A stretch of 64,000 bases of DNA, taken from Chiloscyllium plagiosum. Lineage: Eukaryota. The stretch spans positions 5,485,282-5,549,281 of the forward strand of contig NC_057753.1 of assembly GCF_004010195.1 (NCBI RefSeq), given 5' to 3'. Position numbers and translations under genes: made by a program. This document shows positions 53,023-64,000 of the stretch, piece after piece (positions within the stretch are counted from its first letter, which is position 1; each line of letters begins with the position of its first letter). Under the pieces are notes generated by a model, which was not told the origin of the DNA, ran no database searches, and worked only from the letters and a program-made list of their open reading frames with translations.

Positions 53023-54206
53023 TTGTTGAGAGAATAGGAGAATGATTTTGAATTGACCCAAACTGGATTCAGTCCAATCCCCACGCTCAGGCTCACACTA
53101 GTTAACTGGGTAAAAGCAAGGACTGCAGATGCTGGAAACCAGAGTCTAGATTAGATTGGTGCTGGAAAAGCACAGCAGGTCAAGCAGCATCCGAGGAGCA
53201 GGAAAATCGACATTTTGGGCAAAAGCCCTTCATCAGGAAGAGAGGCAGGGTGCCTGCAGAGTGGAGAGATAAATGAGAGGGGGGTGGAGGTGGGAGAAAC
53301 TGTTCAGCGGAGCCATCAGTGACTGAGACAAGTACGTTCTCTGCCTGATCTAATCGTGCCTCTTCGGGGTTGGTAAATCATTCTGTCCCTTCTGGGGCTG
53401 CATACTTTACCTGTCTGTTTATCTCATGCACTGCACTGCAATTGTTACATCTCAATGGCTTAGGAATTCAGCCCCTAGTTTGGACAGATTGTTCCTCTCG
53501 GACGTAACGTATTCTTGGTGCGAAGCGTAGTCGAAATTATTGGCTTGAAAATTTAGATTGTTTGGTAAACATGAGTAGAATGATATCCGATGCTGTGGGA
53601 GGGATTCTGGTGCAACAAGAAAGGAGATGCTGTTTTATATAAGAGGGGAGTGAATGCTGGTATCCTAGGTATTTAGTATTTGAGTTAGTAAGTACATAGT
53701 TGGCATACTTTCCATTTAGGTTTCTCTGCACAGAGGCAGTCAAATGATACAGCAGAGAGACAAGTGTTGCATTAAATTTATAGCATGACTAGTTTAACTG
53801 CTGAATGTAATGATAAATAATCGCTGAATTATGCTTTTAAACTTAGTTGATCAAACGTAGTAAGCATGGCAGAAAAGATGTTGTAACATGTGGGAGCTGG
53901 TGGACACCTGTCTGAATCATGGCAAACAAATGTGCAGAAAGTGTGTAATTCTGATATTATCTCTCCACTCTGCAGGCACCCTGCCTCTCTTCCTGATGAA
54001 GGGCTTTGGCCCAAAATGTCGATTTTCCTGCTCCTCGGATGCTGCTTGACCTGCTGTGCTTTTCCAGCACCAATCTAATCTAGACTCTGGTTTCCAGCAT
54101 CTGCAGTCCTTGCTTTTACCCAGTTAACTAGTGTGAGCCTGAGCGTGGGGATTGGACTGAATCCAGTTTGGGTCAATTCAAAATCATTCTCCTATTCTCT
54201 CAACAA
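53023..54206. repeat. 250-bp inverted repeat (53023-53272 / 53957-54206)
   Basis: One mismatch seen; it includes unique flank plus part of a Penelope-type repeat. Confidence 0.92.
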
Positions 54207-55712
54207 TTATTGATATTTTTCATCACTAATATCTGAGCTATTGTGAAAACTGGTTTAGCACTGGATAAGTGTAAAACCACTTTCTAGCAGTCATTTGTCT
54301 TCACCTAAATGCCTTAAATGACGGAAGTTACGGCCGCCAGTAATCAGCATTTGATGTTGTTTTGAACTTCCGTTGAGTTCATTCCCTGAGGTAAAAAGAC
54401 CTGCAGCGTAGCCTTCACCACCTTTACAGGGAACCCTTTTGTGGATTTGATGTGGGAGCTGAGAGTTGAAATAGCTATCCTCGTTGAAAGGCTTTCAGAA
54501 AGCATCTGGAAGAATTTACATTTTTAATGACACATGTCTATTACAATATCCGTGCTCTTGTACAGAGATGCTGGACTGAAAGAAATCTGGATCATATAAT
54601 ATCTTATCACTTTATTCTCTGAGAATTAGCAATTGTTTTGACCCAAGTGTTTTTTGTTCAAAGTTAATCTGTGAAAGTTTCCTTATTTTCTCATTCACTG
54701 ATGTGCATTAGAGAGCCTCTGTGGTTGGGAATGTTTAGGAGACTGAATTTGTTTCATTCAATATTTCAAAGCGTTTATTGCTTTATGTCGTTTTGCATAA
54801 GGCTCATTATAATAAAGAAATAGATATTTGCTTGATGCATCTTTTAATTCTGTACCTAACGGAGATAAAGTATACAATGGACTTTTTGGCAACTGTTTCA
54901 TTCATGCGATGTGGGTTTCGTTGGCTGATTCAGCATTTATTGCCTATCCCTAGTGGCTTTCTTGAACCTCTACAGTGCAACTCCGCAGATTACTTTACGT
55001 AGGTCATATGACACAGATTGAGACGTGCATCAACCACAGTCTGTTGTGTGCATGTTTCCAGACAAGACTGTCAAGATAAAGTTACTATCTAGCCAGGGAC
55101 CAGTCAGATTGCTTTGGAACACAGACAAAATGTGAGATCCAGGTACTGGAATAATAATTACGTCCATGTAATATTGTCAATTATTGTGAAAACCGATCGG
55201 ATTCATTATCTGGTTCATACCTTTTCACTATGAAAATCAATCATTCTTGCTTGATCTGGCTTACAGCAATATGGTGGATCTTTAGTGACCCATGTAAATG
55301 TCCTAGCAAGCCAATAAGTTTAAGGGCATGATTTGATAATCCTCAATTTCAGTTTCCTACATTTTCACTAGATCCCTTGATCAATTAAAATTATCTTAAC
55401 TTTGAACATACTTAATGACTCAACATTGATTGCCCTCATTCACAATTCCTCAGATTCTGAAGCTGTCCATGTACAAAGTGCAGCAAGACCTGCACAATAT
55501 TTAGGTTTGGCCCGACAACTGGAAAGCAACATTTGCACCATACAAATTCCAGGCTATTTTGGTCTCCAACAAAAGAAAATTTAACCATCACCTTTAGTCA
55601 TTCAATTAACTCAAATTCTCCCATTATCAATATCCTGAGGATTATAGTGGGCCAGAAATTGAACTGGACTAGTCACTCTGGCTGCAAGATCAGATTAGAC
55701 GCTCATATCAGA

Positions 55713-56395
55713 ATGGTATGACATTCGTCAACCACAAAAAGATGAAGCTGCCTGAGATTGTGAAGAATAAGATAATAAACTTTCTCTGGTTTTCCATTTC
55801 TGCATCATTATGCGTCTCTTCAGTGTTATGGACCCGGAGTCTTCTACAGGCTCTACTGGCTACTAGAATGCACCTTACAGTCAGCACTTTAAGCAGAATA
55901 ATCAGAAGGAATGGAATGCATGGAGTTAAAAGATGATATATCCAATCAAAATCTGTCCAGGCCAGATAAGTATAATGAATATTTTTAAGTGTGCAATACC
56001 AAGGCAGATTGTCTATTATGTAGCTGGGTTCATGTATAAAATACCATGGGATATTGGCTACACATCCCAGTGCACAGACCAATCCTATGACAAAGGCTGC
56101 TGTTTTCTCGATTTCAGCTTCTGGCAACAAATAGCTACAGATCCATCGAAGTTGAAATTGACTGTCAACCAGACAGAACTGAATCTGGCTGCATAAATTA
56201 ATGTAATACTGGCACTGCATATCAGAGTGATGGAAAGGGAACTATCTGGAAAATAAATACCAGGAATTCTGTTAAATCTCACAGCAGTAATAATGACTTG
56301 CATATCTGTCACTGCCATGGACACCAGGTATCGAGTAATTCATCTAGATCTACCGCATCCTTCTCATGCCAGGATCAATATCATCACTACATTAA
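55713..56395 (-). pseudogene. GPR139-like GPCR copy 3, exon 2 pseudogene
   Basis: After acceptor catacag|TTAAT it reads NVVMILILA*EGCGRSR*ITRYLVSMA (two stops). Frameshifting deletion in ICL2 near 56110, truncation after TM6, and no exon 1 upstream. Confidence 0.9.
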
Positions 56396-59172
56396 CTGTA
56401 TGAGAGAAGGAGAACGACATTCAGTTAGCAGTACACGCCGTAATGTGATGTATATTCAGCAGCAGTACATGTATTTTGAAGCAATGAAAACTGACACAAT
56501 CATTAAAGATATTAGTGAATCCTCAGGTAAGTAAAGACAAAGTTGGTATCAGACGGCACCAAAGTTAATTGCATACATTTTGAAGATTCAAACATATTAA
56601 CAAATGCCAGATGTTCCATGCTGAAGTAAATAGATGATAACAAACACATACGAATGTAACAGATTTCATGCATCTAATTCTGAGCTCAAATGCAACAAAT
56701 TATATGTTAATCGAGAAACAGACAAGATGATTCAGCTCCCTGAAAAAGCCATTGCTAATCTGTGGTATGACTCCATATATCTGCCTTTGGCCCACATCCC
56801 TTAATAGGTTTGCTCAACGAAAAAATCTCAGATTTCAAATTATCAACTGACAGCAGAATGCCCAACCGTTTTTGGAATAGTGTTGCAATCATCTACTAGT
56901 CTTCTTGTGTTGAGTGCTTCCTAATATATCTCCGGGACTGTCTGACCCTAATTCTCAAACTCTGTCTCATAGCTGGCGAAATGTCAACCATTGGAAATAG
57001 CTTCTCATTACCAACCCTGTCGTTTCCTGTTAATATATTGAAGTATTTATTGATCACACTTAACGTTCTACATTCTAGAGAAAGCACACATAATTTGTTA
57101 AATCTCCCCTCAGAACATAACCCCTGAAGTCGAAATGTCACTCATGTGGAACGATATTATACTCTCTTCGAGGTCAATATCTTCTGCCTGAAATGTGGTC
57201 CTCATATTTGTTAAGAGTACTCCATGTGTGTTCGAACCAGGGTTTTGTATAACTGCAACATCTGTCTCCTTGCACTCGTCCTCTCATATAAAGACCAGCT
57301 TTGTATTAGCTTTCTAGGATACATATGTGCACGTGTTCATATAATTTGCAAGATCGATGCAGTTTTGTGTCCAAATCTCTTTGGACAGCCGTTGCACGCA
57401 ACTTCATGCTATCTGGAAAGTCTCCTGACTTTTTTTGGTCAAAAATGGAAAACCTCATGGTTGCTGAGATTGAACTCCAACTGTGAAAGTTTTGCCCAAT
57501 CGCTTCGTCTATCAACATATCATATCATGTTATTGCTGTAATCGACACAATTCCAGCGAAATTTGCGTCATCAGCAAATTTGAATAAGTGAATTTATATG
57601 CCATTTTCCAAATCGTTAATGAACAGTGCGAATAATTGAGATGCTTTCTTTTTAAGTACCTACACATTATCGTTTATTTCTATCCCCCACCCCTGAATCG
57701 ATTTCCCAGGCATGTCAGTAATTTGCCCTCAGTTCCGCGGCCTACTGACTTTAGTGAACAGTGTCTTATGTGGGGACTGTATTGATGTCCATATAACAGT
57801 GTCCGTGAACATTCCTTGTCCATTACCTTGGTCATCTATTCAAAAAAGTTAATGAATCTTGTCATGCATAATTTACTTGCTTGGAAGCCTTGCTGGCTAT
57901 GCCCTTATTAACCGAAATATTTCAAGTTGTTCAGTCATCCCCTTTTTGTTTATGGAATCCAACAATTGCCCCAGCATCGATGTCACCCTAAATTGTCTGT
58001 AATTCCCCGGATTTCTGTAGTAATTTTCCTCATTAACAGATTTTCCGAGTTTACTGCGGGCTGTCATTGTCTCATCTGGTTAAAGCCGGCCTTAATCAAA
58101 CCTAAAACTCTGGTAGCTGGTTTATGATTTTCCCTTTCAAATGCGACATTGAACTCGACAATGTTATGGTCACTATTTAATAAATGTTCACGTACAGTTT
58201 GGTTTCTAATTAAATTTGGCTGATTAGTCATTGCAACATCCAACGCTGTTGTCCTGTTCCTACATCAAGGACAAATCGTTGTAAGAAATGATCGGAAACA
58301 CTGAAGAACGTCTCTACCTTTCGGACATGTGCTTGTCAGCCTCTACAAATACAGATTTCACATTTATACTAGACTGGCTTTCATACACTCTTCCCCTATT
58401 TTCTGCATTTATAACATTGTATGTTTCAGAGCTGCAATCAGAGCATCTGTATACAATACCTGTTACAGTTTAGAACCTTTAGTGTTCCTCAGCTTCACTC
58501 CTACAGTGTCTATATTTATTTTGTCCTCTTTTCGTATCCTCCCTTATCATTGAATTAGTTTTGTTACTAAACAGTAAGGTTACTCCAGGCGAAAGTGAGG
58601 ACTGCAGATCCTGGAGATCAGAGTCGAGAGTGTTGTGCTGGGAAAGCACAGCAGGTCAGGCAGCATCTGAAGAGCAGGAGAATCGACGTTTCGGGCATAA
58701 TCTCTTCCCCTCCTTTGCCGTTTCTCCTAACGGTCCTGTAAGCCTTACAAGCTGGCATATTTAGTTCCCAATACCGACCATCTGTAGCCATATCTCAGTA
58801 ATGGCTATTCTATTATAATCACCAATTTGAATTTGTGCCTGCAGCTCATTAAATTTATTCCTTACATCCATTTATCTGTATGTAGAACTCTTGTTGGGCC
58901 ATACACCCTAACCTGTCCTTCAGCACCAGTGACTTCTACGTCTAATTATTATTTCTCTCTTCTCATTTATTCAATACTCTTCTTGCAATTTTATTGTTAT
59001 CTGCCTGACCAAATTGATATCCCTGACTGTTTCCTTACTCTTTGTCATAACTTGATTTTGAAACTGTTTTGACTTCATCTATACGTTTACTTCGCTATTT
59101 TTCTGAACTCTATATTAGTTGCACATGGCCTGGGTAATAACCAGAGGTTGTAACCCTTGAGTTCCTGATCGT

Positions 59173-59730
59173 TGTGTGTTGTCCCAGTGAAAGTGGTATC
59201 CTTCTTTGTCTGTATGTATGGAAACTAGTGAGAGTGGATCGTGTTTTTTGATGGCTAGTTGGTGTTCATGTATTCTGGTGGCAAGTTTCCTGTTTGCTTG
59301 TACAATGTAGTGTTTTTTACAGTTGTTGCACGGCATTTTGTAAATAACATCAGTTTTGCTGGTAGTATCTAATGTATCCTTTAGGTTCATTAGTCGCTCT
59401 ACAAGTGTGTTGGTAGGTTTGTGAGACAACACACACATTCTAGGACAGGCGAAACAACGGCACACACGAGAAATCTTTCAGACATCGTATTCGAAGCAGA
59501 GCTCCATCAATAAGCACATCGACTTAGATCCCATCTACTTTCCCTTGAAAAACGATCTGGAAATGACATCACACACCTTAAGAAACCAAGACCTTTCCTT
59601 CAATAGAGAGGGGTGGGGTGTTCTGCCACCAGCGCTTCACTGGAGACTCTCACTGATAATGTGAAATCGTCATGGTGGCAAAACGTCTGAAAACAAAGTA
59701 TCAAGCTGAGCGAGCTAACTTACATACAGA
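59173..59730. mobile_element. Penelope-like element 3' end (GIY-YIG endonuclease + pLTR) with an inverted 5' part
   Basis: Minus 59173-59423 encodes KPTNTL..DVIYKMPCNNCKKHYI..NRKLATRIHEH..FHWDN. Plus 59422 onward continues DNTHILGQAKQRHTRE...SINKHIDLDPIY, then a degenerate hammerhead core at 59653-59684. Confidence 0.88.
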
Positions 59731-61560
59731 TGTATTGAATCATATCTAAACAGTATCTTTTCCTGCCAGTTCTTGGAAGAAAAGCTTCAACATCGGCTTT
59801 CTGATTGTCAGACACAAAAGTCAGACCTGTTCCCTTTGCCCTGGATATTTCTAATTTTGAGACAACTGCATCTCATTGCCCATATTTAACCTATCTGTAA
59901 AAGCTAAAGCAGGCTCTTGAGCGAATAGCAAAAGGATTTTGAATTGATGCAGACTGGCTTCAGTCCAACCCCCACACTCTGGCGAACACCAGTTTTCTGT
60001 TTAGTGGAGCTCACAGCCACAGAGACCAACACAGTCACTGCGTGATCTATCTGTTCATTTTCGGAATTGATAAAGCATTCTTACCTTTCACGGGCTGGTC
60101 ACGTTTCCTGTCTGTTTAGTTCATGCATTGTATGAAAACTATTACATCTCAATAATTACTTTAAATGGCTTAGGAATTCAGCTCCCTATTTTCGGTAGTG
60201 TGTACATCCCGGATCTAAATCGTATTATTGGTGCTAACAAAAGTCAAAGTTATAGGTTTGAAAATTTAGATTGTTAGGTAAACATGAGTCGGAGGATATC
60301 CGATGTTGTGTGAGGGATTCTAGTGCAATGGGGAGGAGGTGCTGTCAAGGCCTTTTACAAAATCGGGGAAGTGTTTGTGCCCCGAGGCATTCATTGGTTG
60401 ACAAAGATTGCCGCCTCGTTTTCTCGGCAGGGATGCAGTCACCTAAAATGATACTGCAGAGATACAAGTATTGCATTAAATTTACAGTTTAACAGCCAGA
60501 TGTAAGGAAAATTATAGTTCTTGACTTTATAATTATACTGAATCTTACTTTTAAATATAGCTGAATCAAGCATAATGAATTTGGCAGAAGCGATGATGTA
60601 ATTTGTTGAAGCTCCTGGACCCCTGCGTGACTCATGACGAACCACGTGTGCAATAACTGTCTCATTCTGATTGCTTCAATCATTAATGTTTTTCATCGCT
60701 AAAGCCTGAAGTATTATGAAAGCTGGTTCATCCGTGGACATGTTGTGTTGCAGGACACACAGAAATAGCAGTGGGATATTTTTGTAAAATTCACTTTCTG
60801 CATGTCATCTGTCTAAGTGCCTGAACTGACGTAAAATCATATGCCTGGGTTTATGGCCGCGACGAATCGGTATTTGAAGTTGTTTTGAACTCCAGTTGGG
60901 CGCATTTCCTGAGGCAAAAGGCCCCTAAGTGTCGCCTTTATCACCTTTCCAGGAAATTTTCTTCTGGATTTGATGTGAGAGCTGAGTAATTGAAGCAGCT
61001 ATCTTCGTCGAAAGGATTTTAGAAGACATCCTGAACAAATTACATTGTAAGAGATTTCAAACGGACAGCTGCTTCTTTCTCGTGATACCTATCTGTTTCA
61101 GTACCCGTGCTTTTGTACAGTGATATTAGACTGAAAGAGATCTGGACCAGTTAATACGCTACCACTTACTTCTCTTAGAATTATTAATTGTTCGCTCCCT
61201 AACGTTTTATGTCCAAAATTAATCCCTGAAGGAAATATTTATTTTTTTTCTCTTTCACTGATATGTGCGAGAGTTCCTTTGTAGTTGGTGCTATTTGGAA
61301 GACTAATTTCGTATAGTTCAATATTTCAAGTTGTTGGTTTGTTTACATATTTTTGAATAAGGCTCGCTAATAATAAATTAATAATTTTGTTTATGCAAGA
61401 GATGTACGCTAGATGCAACTTTTAATTGTAAATCTAATTCCGATAAAGCATACAATCGACTATTTGCTAACTGGGTAATTTGTTTTTTCATTCATGCGGT
61501 GTGAGCTTCTCTGGCTGGGTCAGCATTTATTGCCCATGCCTAGTGGCCTTCTTGAACCTC

Positions 61561-61765
61561 GTTAAAAATCACACACCACCAGGTTATCGTCCAGCAGGTT
61601 TATTTGAATGTGCTTTTGGAGCACTGCTCCTTCATTAGGTAGCTACTTGATGAACGAACAGCGCTCGAAAAGCTTGTACTTACAAATAAACCTGTTGGAT
61701 TATAAACTGGTGTTGTGTGATTTTTTTTAAACTTTGTCCACCCCAGTCCAACACTTGCACCTCTA
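61561..61765. mobile_element. Palindromic element of a third family with degenerate hammerhead cores
   Basis: aaaaatcacac..ccagg..aggtttatttg / caaataaacctg..ctggtgttgtgtgattttt arms; tgatgaa..gcgctcgaaa; 13-bp imperfect TSD cttcttgaa(c/a)ctc. Confidence 0.65.
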
Positions 61766-63127
61766 CTTCTTGAAACTCTGGAGTGCATTTGCTGCAGATA
61801 CACCTTATGCTGTTAGGGAACGAATTCCCAGGAAGTTGACTCAGGAACCATAATCTGTGGAGCAGAAGGAGTCCATTTAACTTGTCAAGTCTTCAATGAG
61901 TTCATGACTGATCTGAAATTCCTTAACTGCACTTTCTTATCTTTTCCTCCTAACCCTTGATTCCCTCACTGAATGTCAATCTGTCTATTCCAGCTTTATT
62001 TATACTAAATGAAGCAACTTTGACAGGGCTTCCAGAGATAAACTACTGTCCGAGGGAAGAAATTCTTCTGCATGTACGAATAAATGTACAACACCGAATG
62101 AGGTATATCTTCTTGTCTAAACTCCCCGACAAAATGACATAGCGTTTCTGATTCTACCCTGTCAAAGCACTTAAGAATCTCATATGTTTCAATAAATGCA
62201 CATCTTATTTTCCTAAATTGCAATGCGCACATACCCAAACTGCGCAATCTCTCTTCAAAACTGTCCATCCATATTCCTTGTCAATCTTGTGAACCTTTTC
62301 TTGATTACCTCGATGTCAGTACATCTTTTCTTAGGTAAGGGTCAGAAAACTGTCTGCAGTATTCCACCGATGGTCATAGAAGATAGAACCTCCGTAATAG
62401 AAGACAGAGGAGGCTATTCAGCCCTTCAACTCCTCTCTTTCAATGTGATCGTAGCTAATCATCCAATTCAGCATGTTTTTCCCTACTTTGACCACTTTTG
62501 TCCGAAGTCCTACTTGTACATCCTTCAAAATATTCAATGATTGGTCTCAACTGCTTTCTGTAGAACAGGATTCCACATGCTCCCCACTCTCTGGATGAAG
62601 AGACTTCTCCTCATCACAGTCCTAAATGGCCTACATTGCATCTTTAGCCTGTGAACTCAGGTTCTGACTATTCAGTCATCAGGAATATCCTGCCTGCATT
62701 TACATAGTCCTGTTGGAATTTTATAATTTTCGTGGGATCAGCCTCATTTTTAAACTCCGGTCAATAATCTTAACCTGTTTCCATTTACATTCCGCATTAC
62801 TCCAGAACTTGGGATTCTACTTGTTGAAATTCACAAGTAAGATCGCCTAAGCCCCTTGTTCTGTAGATTTCTGCTGTCCTTCTCTATTTAAATTGCAGTC
62901 AGACACTGTTTTCTTCGTTGCATAATTTCATACTTTCACATATTATGTTTTATTTGTGAGGTTTTTGTCTATTAATTCAGTTCTGTGTATCGTCCTCACT
63001 CCGTGCCTTCTTCTCAAGAAGCGTGATTTCATTCCAATTCAAGTTTGGTGAGGATCTTCCATCCCTGAGATATCCTACTGGTAACAATATTCCAATTCGA
63101 TTACATACTAAACACTTTTTGTTTCGA

Positions 63128-63423
63128 TTACCTACAGTGTGGAAACAGGCCCTTCGGCCCAACAAGTCCACACTGATCCTCCGAAGAGCAACTCACCTAG
63201 ACACATTCCCCTACATTCACCCCTGACTAATGCACCTAACACTGTGGGCAATTTAGCATGACCAATTCACCTAACCTACACACCTTTGGACTGTGGGAGG
63301 AAACCGGAGCACCCGGAGAAAACCCACGCAGACACGTGGAGAATGTACAAATTCCACACAGACAGTTGTCCAAGGCAGGAATTGAACCCAGGTCCCTGGC
63401 GTTGTGAGGCAGCAGTGCTAACC
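63128..63423 (-). mobile_element. HE1 SINE
   Basis: Reverse complement of the consensus. Confidence 0.88.
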
Positions 63424-63494
63424 AGTCTTTCCCCATACCCAATCTGACATAGATTATGTGGCACAAGTATATACATTCATTATTGAATATAGAA

Positions 63495-63745
63495 GGGTGG
63501 AAACAGGGCCTTCACTCCAACAAGCTCACACCGACCTTCTGAAGAGTAATCCACCCAGACTCATTCCCCTACATTGACCGCAGACTAATGCTCCTAGCCT
63601 ACACATCTCTGAATACAATGGCCAATTCACCTAACCTGCATGGGGAGAATGTGCAAACTCCACGCAGTCACGTGAGGTAGGAATCGAACCCGGGTCCCTG
63701 GCGCTGTGAGGCAACTGTGCTAACCACTGAGCCATCGTGCCACCC
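63495..63745 (-). mobile_element. HE1 SINE, internally deleted
   Basis: Head and tail present, middle missing. Confidence 0.8.
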
Positions 63746-64000
63746 CGGATGAGTGTCTCTATACATATCATTTTCTCGTCTTCTCCCTGTAAATCTGCAT
63801 ATTGTTATTTTCAACATGATCACCGAATTCCCTTTTGTGTCCATTGGATCTACCTCATTGTCACTAAATCACAGAACGTTATGTGTTATTATTCCATGTT
63901 AAATTAAGGTTATGATGTATCTAGGGACCAGTAGAATTGTTTTGGAACACAGACGAAATGTGAGATCCAGGTGCTTAATGCCACATGCTTCCATGATGTT

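Overview
AT-rich, repeat-dense vertebrate DNA. The HE1-type SINEs with (TAATC)n tails, CR1/HER1 LINEs and Penelope-derived repeats point to a shark, probably a carpet or bamboo shark (inference). The window is a tandem segmental duplication of a ~25-kb module, with homologous anchors at ~618/25240/51617 and ~2254/28170/59730. Each module runs: CCAAT-rich promoter-like segment, purine-rich ~33-bp minisatellite, decayed C2H2 zinc-finger gene (+), then a two-exon orphan class A GPCR of the GPR139/GPR142-like type (-). The ORF track misses the 70-nt first coding exon of the GPCR, which lies 5-6 kb upstream. Copy 1 (join 15267-15198, 9296-8392; 324 aa) is intact. Copy 2 has a single 1-nt frameshift. 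Copy 3 is a truncated pseudogene without exon 1, and a fourth module starts near 59730. Other notable features are many short, often palindromic Penelope-derived insertions carrying minimal hammerhead ribozyme cores, a 5'-inverted Penelope GIY-YIG fragment at a large deletion breakpoint, and several recent template-switch scars. No prokaryotic-type systems, rRNA, true tRNA genes or CRISPR arrays are supported.
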